Positions 26,620 through 38,617 of a DNA stretch of 64,000 nt are shown in pieces (positions within the stretch are counted from its first letter, which is position 1; every line of letters begins with the position of its first letter). The notes under the pieces are model-generated. The model was given only the letters and a program-made list of their open reading frames with translations. It had not been told where the DNA came from and searched no databases. Made by a program: the position numbers and the translations under genes. This stretch comes from Mobula hypostoma (lineage: Eukaryota): positions 78,122,001 to 78,186,000 of the forward strand of contig NC_086108.1 of assembly GCF_963921235.1 (NCBI RefSeq), written 5' to 3'.

Positions 26620-27830
26620 AATTCAGAATCAGGTTTATTATCACTGTCTTATAGGAAATGAGGTTTTGTTATTTTGTGGTAGAAGTACAGCACAAACACA
26701 ACATTATAGATTTAAAATAAATAAATATTACAAAGGCAAAAGGAACAATGCAGTAGTATAAATGGGTTCATGGACTATTCAGAAATCTGATTACTGGAGA
26801 GAAGCTGCTTTTGAATTTTTGAGTGTAGGTTTTCAGATTCCTATATGTCCTCCCTGATGGTAGTAATGAGACGAAGGCATGTACGGAATGGTGGACGCTG
26901 CCTTCGGAAGCCACTGCCAGTTGATAACGATGAGGGGGATTGTGCCCATGATGGAGTTGCCTGAGCTCATGACCCTTGATAGCTGTGAATTGGAGACTCC
27001 ACACCAGGCTGAGGTGCAAGCAGTCAAAATGTTCTCTGCCATACATGTATAGAAATTTGCAAGGATCTTGGTGGTGACCTACCAAATCTCCTCAAATTCC
27101 TAATGAAGTAGAACTGCTGGCATGCTCTACTGTGATTTGTGATTGCATCAGTGAGTTGGGTCCTGGACAGCCCTCAAAGATTTTGACAGCCAGGAAATTA
27201 AAGCAGCTCACCCTTTCCACTGACCCCTTGAAACCTGGCGCCTGTTCTCCTCATTTCATCTCCCTGACAATCACAATCAATTTCTTGGTCTTGCTGACAA
27301 TGAGTATGTGGTTGTTGTTGCAGTACAATTTAATTAGCCAATCTATCTCATTCCTGTAAGCCTCCTTGTTGATATCAGATATTTTACTGACAGTGATGTC
27401 ATCTGAATTACAAATGACATTTGACCTGTGCTTACCACACAGTTATGACTGCAGAGAGAGTAGTGCAGTGGGCTAAGGACTCTTCCTTGTGATACGCCTG
27501 TCTCGCTTTTCAGCGAGATGATGATGTTATTACCAGTCCATACTGACAGTGGCTTCCCAATGAAGAGGTTGAGAATCCATCAGCAGCTGGATATGCAGAG
27601 ACTCATATGCAGAAGCTTAATGATTAAAATTGAGGGGGTGATGGTATTGAATGTCGACGTGCTTTGCTGGTATCTAGGTGCTTCAAAGCAGAGTGGAGAG
27701 CCAGTGAGATTGTGACTGCTGTAGTGCTGGTGTGAATTGCAGCAGGTCCAGGTCTAGGAGTTAATTCTAGTCATGACCAACCTCTCGAAGCACCTCATTA
27801 CAGTAGACAAGAGTGCTTCTGGTTGATAGT
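26620..27830 (-). mobile_element. Rex1/Babar LINE fragment
   Basis: SLLPSGRTYRNLKTYTQKFKSSF..VIRFLN (ORF 26768..27085); ENILTACTSAWCG; tail attcagaatcaggtttatta. Confidence 0.8.
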
Positions 27831-28300
27831 CTACAAAGAGTTCTTAATAACTTTCTGTAATTCATGTTAACTTCAAGTAATTCATGTACAAGAACACCAA
27901 AATCGCCCTGATGTGCATGAACTCCTTTTTAGTCTCCCACCACTAGCAGCTAATGTTTCATAACCAAATTGGATGGATATGTTGTTTTTGATCCATAATC
28001 CATATTGTTGATGTAGATTGTGAACAGCTGGGGCACCAGCATTACTTCTGAGGCACCCCATTCATTACATCTGCTCAATTCCAAAACGACATTCATTTCT
28101 ACTTGCAAGCACCGACACCAGAAAGTGGTGTCACAGGTAGAAAGGGTAGTTACACCGCAGTTACACGAGGTTGGTGAGGCTGCATTTGGAGTGTTGCGTT
28201 CAGCGCTGACTACCCTGCTATAGGAAAGGTGCTATTAGCTGGAAAAAGTGTGGAAAAGATTTGCAAGGATATTGCCCAGACTTGAAGGACTGGGTTATAG

Positions 28301-29836
28301 AAACATAGAAAATAGGTGCAGGAGTAGGCCATTCGGCCCTTCGAGCCTGCACCGCCATTTATTATGATCATGGCTGATCATCCAACTCAGAACCCCGCCC
28401 CAGCCTTCCCTCCATACCCCCTGATCCCCGTAGCCACAAGGGCCATATCTAACTCCCTCTTAAATATAGCCAATGAACTGGCCTCAACTGTTTCCTGTGG
28501 CAGAGAATTCCACAGATTCACCACTCTCTGTGTGAAGAAGTTTTTCCTCATCTCAGTCCTAAAAGGCTTCCCCTTTATCCTCAAACTGTGACCCCTTGTT
28601 CTGGACTTCCCCAACATCGGGAACAATCTTCCTGCATTTAGCCTGTTCAATCCCTTTAGGATTTTATACGTTTCAATCAGATCCCCCCTCAATCTTCTAA
28701 ATTCCAACGAGTACAAGCCCAGTTCATCCAGTCTTTCTTCATATGAAAGTCCTGCCATCCCAGGAATCAATCTGGTGAACCTTCTTTGTACTCCCTCTAT
28801 GGCAAGGATGTCTTTCCTCAGATTAGGGGACCAAAACTGCACACAATACTCCAGGTGTGGTCTCACCAAGGCATTATACAGCTGCAGTAGTACCTCCCTG
28901 CTCCTGTACTCGAATCCTCTCGCTATAAATGCCAGCATACCATTCGCCTTTTTCACTGCCTGCTGTACCTGCATGCCCACTTTCAATGACTGGTGTATAA
29001 TGACACCCAGGTCTCGTTGCACCTCCCCTTTTCCTAATCGGCCACCATTCAGATAATAATCTGTTTTCCTATTTTTGCCACCAAAGTGGATAACTTCACA
29101 TTTATCCACATTAAATTGCATCTGCCATGAATTTGCCCACTCACCCAACCTATCCAAGTCACCCTGCATCCTCTTAGCATCCTCCTCACAGCTAACACTG
29201 CCACCCAGCTTCGTGTCATCCGCAAACTTGGAGATGCTGCATTTAATTCCCTCATCCAAGTCATTAACATATATTGTAAACAACTGGGGTCCCAGCACTG
29301 AGCCTTGCGGTACCCCACTAGTCACCGCCTGCCATTCTGAAAAGGTCCCGTTTATTCCCACTCTTTGCTTCCTGTCTGCTAACCAATTCTCCACCCACAC
29401 CAATACCTTACCCCCAATACCGTGTGCTTTAAGTTTGCACACTAATCTCCTGTGTGGGACCTTGTCAAAAGCCTTTTGAAAATCCAAATATACCACATCC
29501 ACTGGTTCTCCCCTATCCACTCTACTAGTTACATCCTCAAAAAATTCTATGAGATTCGTCAGACATGATTTTCCTTTCACAAATCCATGCTGACTTTGTC
29601 CGATGATTTCACCGCTTTCCAAATGTGCTGTTATCACATCTTTGATAACTGACTCCAGCAGTTTCTCCACCACCAACGTTAGGCTAACTGGTTTGTAATT
29701 GCCTGGTTTCTCTCTCCCTCCTTTTTTAAAAAGTGGGGTTACATTAGCCACCCTCCAATCCTCAGGAACTAGTCCAGAATCTAACGAGTTTTGAAAAATT
29801 ATCACTAATATATAGTTTATCACTAATTTATCACTA
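28301..29836 (-). mobile_element. Young 5'-truncated CR1 with uninterrupted RT ORF (28387..29823, 478 aa)
   Basis: Open frame with [37 protein letters not shown]; complete 3' UTR and tail; TSD ttatag 28295-28300 / 29837-29842. Confidence 0.95.
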
Positions 29837-30131
29837 TTATAGGGAGAGTTTGAGCTGATTAGGACCTTATTGCATGGAGCAGAGAAGACTGAGCATATAG
29901 ATGTGTGTAGATTATGAATGGTTTAGATAGGGTGAATACAGTGTTTTGCCCAGGGCTGGGGTATATAAAAAAAAAAAATTGATGACACAGGTTTAAGGTG
30001 AGAGGGGAATGATTTAATATAAACCTGAGAGGCAACTTTGGAATAAGCTGCCAGAGGAAGTGTTTGAGGCAGGTGCAGTTATAATTTTTAAAAGACAATT
30101 GGACAGCTTCATGAGTAGGAAAGGTTTAGAG

Positions 30132-30209
30132 CGGGGTTCCTGACATGGGTCCACACAGCCCTCCGTTAATGGTAGGGGTCCATGGGATAAAAAAAGTTGG
30201 GAACTCTTG
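30132..30209. mobile_element. ~78-bp hAT/Charlie-like MITE
   Basis: TIR remnants cggggttcc / gttgggaactcttg; imperfect 8-bp TSD gtttagag (30124-30131) / atttggag (30210-30217); homologous to 1787-1866. Confidence 0.7.
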
Positions 30210-30408
30210 ATTTGGAGGGATATGGGTCAAATCCAGGCAACTAGCCAAGATGGGCATTTTGGTCAGCATTGATGAGTAGACCAAAGAAACTATTTCCATG
30301 CCTTATAACTCGATGACTTGTATATTATTTTCAAACTTCCAATATTACGTGTTAACCTATGTCCTTCATTAGCACTACTGCTTGGAAACCCACAGACAAC
30401 TGGCATCA

Positions 30409-30497
30409 CACATAAAAGTTGCTGGTGAACGCAGCAGGCCAGGCAGCATCTCTAGGAAGAGGTGCAGTTGATGTTTCAGGCCGAGACCCTTCGTCAG
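30409..30497 (-). mobile_element. 89-bp Penelope mini-insertion (hammerhead motif + terminus) with 14-bp TSD
   Basis: Perfect direct repeat gacaactggcatca at 30395-30408 and 30498-30511; body matches ~54438-54530. Confidence 0.85.
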
Positions 30498-31546
30498 GAC
30501 AACTGGCATCATTGCTTTTTGTCTTTGTTGTTCCTTAGCTCTGCTCTGATTGACTTTAGTTCTTGATCTTTTTCTGAGCTCAGATCCTTTCCCTCCATTC
30601 CTTCATTATTGAGGCCATCCTTCCTCCTCCATTATATGTTTCATTTGACGTCTTAATTGATCTTTGTCAGCAGCATTTTATCGCCTTTACTCAAGTATTA
30701 AAATAATCTGACTTTTTTCAAGTCTATGCATTAATTGGGTAAAGAGGAAAAGGTGTTTTGTTGGCTAGGGTTGCAAAATACCAAGTAAATAGTTCCCCAT
30801 GACCAGCAAATGAGTGGGGATTGTTTGCTCCCTTTGTGTTTACAGTGTCAATACAGTTACAAATAAGACTGAATTTAAACAGCAGATCAATACCAATAAA
30901 AGATTAGAGAGAGCATGATGTGCTCACCAAAACAAAACTCATTCAGTACCCGGGGGTGGTCTGAGCGTCCTGTTTTCTAAACAAAGCAACTTTAAAATTG
31001 AGTGCAATATTTGTACAATTTGGACCAAGAATATACTTGTAATATTTCAGTATTTAAATGCCAGTTCAGTCTTGAGGCTAGCAGATTGTTGAATAATACA
31101 GCAACTTCACTAAGGTCTGTTACTCTGGCTTTGTGCCACTGTGATTGTACCTTAAATACTTCCTATGAGCAGCCTAGAAAGCTGTTCAGTTGTTTGGACA
31201 ATAGAAGTCGACTTGTTTAATGGACAGGCATGAGTTTTTTTTGAACATTGTGGGCTATGTTAAGAGAAATATTATGTACGTGATTAGTCAACCCTATTTT
31301 GTAAATTCTTGCAATGAGCTTGCCCCAGCAAAATTACTTCCATCCACCATATTGATTTTCATACATTAACACAAATAATATAGAGACAATTAATATTAAA
31401 GCTTGAAACTGAGCAATGTGAGCAGGTAATGCACTTCAATAATCTATTCAGAGTTAGAAAAGTGTATATTCAAAACTTGACTAAGGACTGCAAATTGTGT
31501 ATTAAATGACATGGCCCTTGGAAACAAATGTGAGAATCACAATATC

Positions 31547-32301
31547 ACTGACCCACAACTGTAGCTTCTGATGTAGGCGGTAAGCTAGCTTTGTACTGCT
31601 CACTGCTGAATGTGACTCTGATGGTAATGGGTTCTGTGCCAGCAAAGCCCTAAACATAAAAGATCTTAAGCCCTATCCGATGTAAATATCTACCAGTACC
31701 CTCAGTATAGGGCTGTATCTGTATCCATCTACTTTTCAAAGACTAGTTTCCTTCCCTTTCTAGTCTCTGCAGCGAGGTTTAGCTACCAACACCCCTACCT
31801 TCTAAACCAAGGAGGAGGTTATTCGAGCTTACAAAGTAGTTTAAACAGTTTATTTCAAATGGTAAATGTCTAAAGTTAGACAAATAGTTAACATTTGATA
31901 CTCAGATTTCAGATTTATAAAATATTTTTGAATTACTGAAGACTTAGGAACTACAAAGTATTTCCAAAAATAGGTACAATCCTTATGAACTAAAAGAACA
32001 TGCCAAAGAATTGCAAATTAAAATAAATGAGTCATCCATTACCGAAACTGAAGGCTGAAGAATGAGTGCGAGTTCTTCTTTCTGTCACTCCCTATTTCTG
32101 TCATTCTCCTTGTCATTATAAACAATTCCCAAATATTCAATGAGTCTGCTCCACCCTTTCATGGCTGATCCATTTTCCTGTCAGCCCCAACATCCTGCCT
32201 TCTCCCTGTTACTTTTCATGTCCTGACTCAAGTCACATTCAGCAGTGAGCAGTACAAAGCTAGCTTACTGCCTACAGCAGAAGCTACAGTTGTGGGTCAG
32301 T
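31547..32301. repeat. 71-bp inverted duplication (31547-31617 and 32231-32301)
   Basis: Direct comparison gives 2 mismatches in 71 bp; the second copy interrupts a CR1 and is flanked by ctcaag repeats. Confidence 0.9.
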
Positions 32302-34990
32302 CCTCAAGAATGCATCAACCTCTGCCTTAAAAAAAAAATACCAAATGACCTGGCCTCCAGTGGCCTGTGGCAACGAATTCTGCAGATTCATCACCCTCTG
32401 GCTAAAGAAATTCCTCCTCATCTTGATTCTAAATGGATGTTCCACTATTCTGAGGCTGTGCCCTCTGGCCTAAGACTCCCCCACCAGAGGAAACATCCTC
32501 TCTATATTTACTCTGAGGCCTTTCAACATTCAGCAGGTTTCAATGAAATTCCCCCCTCATTCATCTGAATTCCAGTGAGTACAGGTCTAGAGCCATCAAA
32601 TGCTCCTCTTATGATAAGCCTGTCAATCCCAGAATCATTTTCATGAACCTCCTTTGAACCCTCTCCAATGTCAGCACTTCCTTTCTCAGGTAAGAGGCCC
32701 CAGACTGCTCTCAATACTCCAAGTGAGCCCTTGCCAGTGCCTTATAAAGCCTCAACGTTACATACTTGTGTATTCTAGTCATCTCGAAATGAATGTTAAC
32801 AGTGCATTTGTCTTCCTCAACACTGACTCAACCTGCAAATTAACTTTTTGGGACTCCTGCATGAGGACTCCCAAAGCCCTTTGTAACTCAGATTTTTGAA
32901 TTTTCTCTCCATTTAGAAAATAGTCTATGCTTTTATTCCTTCTACCAAAGTGCATGACCATGCACTTTCCAACACTATATTCTATCACCACTTGTTACCC
33001 GTTCTCCTAATCTGAGTCCTTCTGCAACCTGTTTCCTCAACACTATATGCACTTCCAGCTTTCATTGTATCATCCGTAAACTTGCCCACAAAGCCATCAA
33101 TTCTGCCATTCATATCATTGATGTACAACTTAAAAAGAAGTGGTCCCAACACAGATCCCTCTGGAACACCATGATAATCAGAAAAGGATGGCTTTATTCC
33201 CACACTTTGCCTCCTGCCAATCAGCCAGTGCTCTATCCAAGCTATTTTCTTTCCTATGATACCATGGGCTCTTAATTTGTTAAGCAGCCTTATGTGTGGC
33301 ACCTTCCCAAAAGCCTTCTGAAAATCCAACCCATTCTCCTCTGTCTATGCTGCTTGTTATTTCTTCTAAGAATTCCTACAAATCTGGCAGGCAAAATTTT
33401 CCCTAGAGGAAATCCTCAACATACTTTATCATGTGCTTCCAAGTACCTCAAAACCACATCCTTAACAATTGGTTCCAACATCTTCCCCACCACTGAGGTC
33501 AGACTAGCTGGCCTATAATTTCCTTCCTTTTGCTTCTCCCTCTTCTTGAAGAATGGAGTGACATTTACAGTTTTCCAGTCCTCTAGAACCATGCCAGAAA
33601 CTATTGGTTCTTGAAATATTATTACTAATGTCTCCACAATCTCTAAACCTCTTTCAGAACCTTTGTGTAGACCATCTGGTCCAGGTGATTTAGCTACCTT
33701 CAGAGCTTTCAGTTACCCAAGCACCTTCTCCCTAATAATGGCAACTAGACTTGTGTCTGCCTCCTGCCACTCTCAAGCTTCCCTCATTCTGCTAGTATCT
33801 TCCATTTTATGTATCTGAAGAAACTTTTGATATCTGCTTTAATATTATTGGCTAGCTTACTTCTGTATTCCATCTTTTCCTTTTTTGACTTCCTTAGTTG
33901 CCTTCTGTTAGTTTTTAAGGCATCTCAATCCTCTAACTGCCCAGTAATTTTTGCTCTTTTATATGCCCTCTATTTGGCTTTTATGTTGGATTTGACTTAT
34001 CAGCCACGATTGCATCATCCTATCTTTAGAATACTACTACTGCTTTGGGATGTAACTATCCTGCACCTTCCGAATTACTCCCAAAAGCTCCATCCAATGC
34101 TGCTATGCTGTCATCCCTGCTAGTGTCCCCTTCCAATCAACTTTCTCTCTCATGCCTCTGTAATACCCTTTATTCCATTGTACTACTGATACATCTGACT
34201 TTAGCTTCTCCGTCTCAAATTGAAGAGTGAATTCAATCATAAACAAGACAAAATTTGCAGATGCTAAAAATCCAAGCAACACACGTAAAATGCTGGAGGA
34301 ACTCAAGTAGGTCAGACAGCATAGATGCTGTAGCTCCCCCCCCCCCCCCCCAGTAGGTCCCTCCCCACCAACAGTACCCAAAACAATATACTTATTATTG
34401 AGGGGAATGTTCATAGGGGTACTCTCTATTGGCTGCCCAGTTCCCTTTTTTCTTCTGACAGTCACCCGCCTCCTGCAACCTAGGGGTAACTACCTCCCTG
34501 TAGCTCCAATCTATCACTTCCTCCGTTTCCCAAATGAGCCAAAGGACATTAAGCTGCAGCTCCAGTTCCTTAAAGCATTCTCTGAGGAGCTGCAGCTTGG
34601 TGCACCTGGTGCAGTTGTGGTTATCCAGGAGGCCGCAAGTCTTCCAGAATTCCGACATCTCTCATAAAGAACACAATACTGCTCCTGGAGCCATTCTCAC
34701 TACACTGACTGTGCCCTAAAAAATGAGAAATAAAGAATGAAGAAGAAACTTACCAGCTACTTGCCTCACCAAAGCCTGATGAGCTAAAGCCACTCTAACA
34801 CTGGCCCAGTCAAACAATAGCCACTCCTACAATGGCTGCTCCTCTTGCCCCTTCCTTATTTTTATCTGCACTTTCTAATGCATCCGGTCCACTGATTGGT
34901 CACAGTCTAAACTCCAAAAGCTACTGCCAAGCGCTGCTTTCTTAATCTTCAATTTCAGACCTGTGTGAAGTCATCACTTCTTCTCATGCC
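32130..34990 (-). mobile_element. Old internally deleted CR1: ORF1 N-terminal remnant, ORF2 RT, 3' end
   Basis: NCTRCTKLQLLRECFKELE (ORF1-like, 34395..34658); GNYRPASLTSVVGK, DFQKAFGKVPH, GVPEGSVLGP; short Penelope terminus at ~34245-34330. Confidence 0.85.
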
Positions 34991-35310
34991 CCCAATTACT
35001 GATTGGGTATGATCCAAACTCCCATGTGATGTTTACCAGATACCTTTGCTGGGACAAAGTAATTTACATCGATGGCCTAAAAGATTCTGAAGACAATGGT
35101 ACAAATACCTTGGCTGTAGCTGCCTGGTTTAATATAGGCCAATTAACATAGCCCAGTTGTCTTGTGTTTGGCCAATGCAAACAATAAGTCTCATGGTCAC
35201 TTCACTTTGCAGCAAGCACAAGTGTCCTTTGAATTTCAAACAGATTACTGCTTGCAAATTGCACTGAGAACTTGAGGCTGGTTCTTGTTTATAACAGGAA
35301 ATCGAGCAAG

Positions 35311-35475
35311 GAATATTTGAGGGAGTTAGATATGGCCCTTGTGGCTACGGGGATCAGGGGGTATGGAGGGAAGACTGGGGCGGGGTTCTGAGTTGGATGA
35401 TCAGCCATGATCATAATAAATGGCGGTGCAGGCTCGAAGGGCCGAATGGCCTACTCCTGCACCTATTTTCTATGT
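35311..35475 (+). mobile_element. Young CR1 3' end, same subfamily as 28301-29836
   Basis: Near-identical to the reverse complement of ~28302-28467. Confidence 0.9.
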
Positions 35476-36159
35476 TAAAAGCTTAACTTTGTCACAAACA
35501 ACTTTGACCCTTTGGAAAGGTCATGCTGCTGTAGTAGAAAGCTGAAGTTAGTAGTAATCCTCTTGGGCCTTGGAAAGTGAATATCCATCACAATTGCGGC
35601 ACGTAGCCAACACTAACTTTAACTGTTGCTGCGTGCTTCATCAAGGCGAGATGTGTCAGAACTGAGTCCCAAGCACCATTGGAAGTTTGTTCTACTTAAA
35701 GCCCAGCCAAACCTCTTAAAGGTAAACCATGACATACAGCAATGGGCAGATGGTACAGCCAACATCCTTGTTTATTTGACCTCACTGAAGATCATATTGG
35801 GGAATCGATCACTGAATACCTCACAGATAGGGCGAGGCTAAGAGCTGTTATCCATCCTCCCGCTTCTGTCTGTTATTAACTTGAACTGCTAATATGGCCT
35901 CTGATTTTTCTCAAGGTTCTGCTCCCATCGAAAGGGAATTCCTATCAATGCACCCATGGCTAGACAATTGAATCAAGTGCCCATGTCTATGAATATTTGG
36001 TTTCATCAGGCTACTAATAAATACATTTTTCAGTGTCTGTCACCACTCACTGTAAACTTTAACAACTTAATGAACTCCTGGAAGTTCGATAAACACTCAC
36101 ATCAACAGCTAGCGTACATCAACTAACAACTTACCTAAACGTAGTTAAGAGTCCTTTTA

Positions 36160-36330
36160 AATAGCAATGATAGAGTGTTCCTGCTGGTGTTCTGCCTGTT
36201 GCCCCAGCACACCAGCCCACATAGAAGATCGTACTGGCGACAGTAGACTGGTGGAGCATGTGAAGGAGAAGCCTGCATACTACAAAAACCTCAGTCTCCT
36301 CAGGAAGTAGAGGCGACTCGACTCTCAGTA
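36160..36330 (-). mobile_element. Rex1/Babar RT C-terminal fragment
   Basis: RLYFLRRLR and QSTVASTIFY..WC on the minus strand. Confidence 0.65.
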
Positions 36331-37299
36331 GAGCAAAAGGAGTGTTGGCCTCTAGTATGCCGGTACTGATATCAGACTGGTTGATGATAAAACAATGCGA
36401 TGCCCCCACTGTTCAGATAATCAAAGGCTGCTGAAAAATGGGATGAAATTCTTTTTGCCTAAATGTAGTGTGGCCTTTTGGATGCGGAAATTCAGGTGCC
36501 TGTGTTATCTAGCTGCCTGTCAATCATGGTGAAATTTGGGCTTACTACTGTAATTATAATTATGAAAGAGTAGGCTAACAGTCACTAAGTTCCAGCTAGC
36601 AATCTTCAATTAATATATTACTGTATGATTTTATAAAAATGTATTCCATTGCCATTATTTGTGGTGGATGTCATGATAGCAAATGGTAACCAGGACTCTC
36701 TACAGTTTGTGTATGATACCGTTGACATTCAAGACTGAGAACTCTGACATAATCACTTAGTGAACAATTTATGGATGTTACAAACTAAAGGCCATTCAAA
36801 TTTAATAATGTCATTTGTTATTAAACTTTTGTCAGTCTTTCTGCATGATTAAATTGTATGGCAGAAGGTTGAATTGTTTGGATGATGGTACAAGCTTGTG
36901 TAACTTTTTTTCAGACTTTGGAGATGAAGAAATTTCAGTACCACCTCATTTCACAATAAATAAAATTTTGCCTGGGGCTTGAGCGTGCAGAATGGGGAAA
37001 ATTAAGTTGGCACCTGGTTTGAACTAATAGCAAGCAGTTCTATAGATAGAAAACACTGACAAAATAAGTCCGAATATATCCTTTTCCCTTCATTGAGATG
37101 TACTATTTCAAATCTTAATCAGGCCAATCAGGTGCTATGCAAGTATTGTATCTTCATTGACTAATTGTTGGAGAAACTTGGATTTGGTAATAATGTGCAC
37201 CTCAAATTGTTGCTAGGATTTTTGTCATTTCTATGAAACTCTGAGTAGATTGTTTTATGGAGACGTGATAGACTCATGGGTGGTCATAATATAGACTCA

Positions 37300-37850
37300 G
37301 GAAACAAAGAAAGTAGGAGCAGGAGTAGACCATTTAGCCTGTTGAGCTTGCTCCACTATTAAGTATAATCATGATCTCTACAGTATTCCCAATCTTTTGA
37401 TACCCTTTGTCTCAAAATCTATCTCTAAGTATTTTTGTGCCCTCTGTGATGGAGCTCCATGGGTTTACCACCCTCGAGAAATTATTCCTCATCATGTCAG
37501 TCCTCTACTCTGCATCCTGAGGGGCTGAATGCAAGGGAAACGTCCTCCCTACATCCTGCCATCAAGCCCTGTAAGAAATTTGTATGTTTCAATGAGGTCT
37601 CCTCTTTCTTCTAAACTCCAGTGAATACAAGACTGGTTGGCCCCACAATCTACAATGGCAGTCTGACCATCCTAGGAATTAATCCTGGGAACCTTATTTG
37701 CATGACCCCTCATGCATGTTTATCTTTCCTTAGGTAAGAAAACCAAATCTACACACAGTATTCCAGGTATGGTGTCACAAAGGCCAAGTATAATTTAATG
37801 CCACATGCCTGTACTCATTTCCTATAAAGCTCTTGCAATGAAAGCCAACA
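37300..37850 (-). mobile_element. Old CR1 3' fragment
   Basis: Reverse complement of CR1 tail (gtaggagcaggagtagacc) and VTPYLEYCV remnant. Confidence 0.7.
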
Positions 37851-38019
37851 GAGAAAACAGAACAATGCAGCGCTAGACATGCTATTTGGCCTACAGTGGG
37901 ACAACCTTGATGCCAATTTATTCGAAATGTCTTGCTCCTGTGTATCATCAAACTCTCTCCATTCTCTTCATATTCATGTGTCCCACTAACTAGAAAAGCA
38001 TAACCTTTGAAATTTGACA

Positions 38020-38570
38020 GCATATAATTTGCTACCTTAAATGATGATTCTACCTGTTGTTTACTTTAAGTTGCAGTTTCAAAAAGTACTAATTTGCATG
38101 CTGTTGATGAAGAATCTGATTGTGATGAGTGACCAAGCACTGAGTAGCCTTGAGATTTGCAATGTGAAAACTAGCAATACACAAGCAAGGTTGTTTACAC
38201 TAGAAGTGAACGATAAGTCAATTAAAATGGAATTGGACACTTGTTCAGTTGTTTCAATAATTCCACACAATGAGCTTGAGTGGCATTTCAAAGATGCTGT
38301 ACAGAAGCCTGCAGATATCCAACTAAGTAAGAACATACTAGGGAAATGTAATTCCTGTGCGAATGACATTTGTAACAGTGAAATACAACAACCAACAAGC
38401 CACATTGGGCTTGTAGGTGATGGAAACAGGAAGACCAGCATTGTGGGGCCTAGAGTGGCTGAGACAACTACAACTTGATTGGAGAACCATTCTGCATTTG
38501 CATGCCTCACCCCCTTCAACAGAGTGAACTGAAAATGAATTAAGAAAGTTACTGGATGATGCCACATCTG
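38020..38570 (+). mobile_element. Gypsy pol remnant (aspartic protease region)
   Basis: LEVNDKSIKMELDTCSVVSII (degenerate LDTG-type protease motif) in ORF 38041..38478. Confidence 0.75.
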
Positions 38571-38617
38571 TCTCCACGCTGTTCTCCATGAACTGTTGTC
38601 CAACCGAGGGCAAACGG

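Larger units (their letters stand above)
28115..30320 (+). mobile_element. Old CR1 3' region split by the young CR1 (28301-29836) and a MITE (30132-30209)
   Basis: CR1 coding remnant runs to ...ctgggttatag at 28300 and resumes ggagagtttgagc at 29843. Confidence 0.75.

Noticed and set aside
28387..29823. Domesticated RT gene
   Set aside because: Has a CR1 3' tail and TSD, and its start codon lies in junction stutter; a young insertion explains the open frame
31547..32301. 755-bp MITE with 71-bp TIRs
   Set aside because: CR1 sequence is continuous on both sides of the right arm and no TSD flanks the pair
34335..34352. Poly-C run as a functional G-quadruplex
   Set aside because: Simple homopolymer at a repeat junction, prone to slippage and sequencing error
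36915..36985. Possible terminal exon after ttttttttcag (DFGDEEISVPP...)
   Set aside because: Acceptor-like signal only; peptide unrecognised, and such signals are common by chance
7381..38570. The two Gypsy remnants as one split element
   Set aside because: Both are on +, but the integrase lies 30 kb upstream of the protease, the wrong order for one copy
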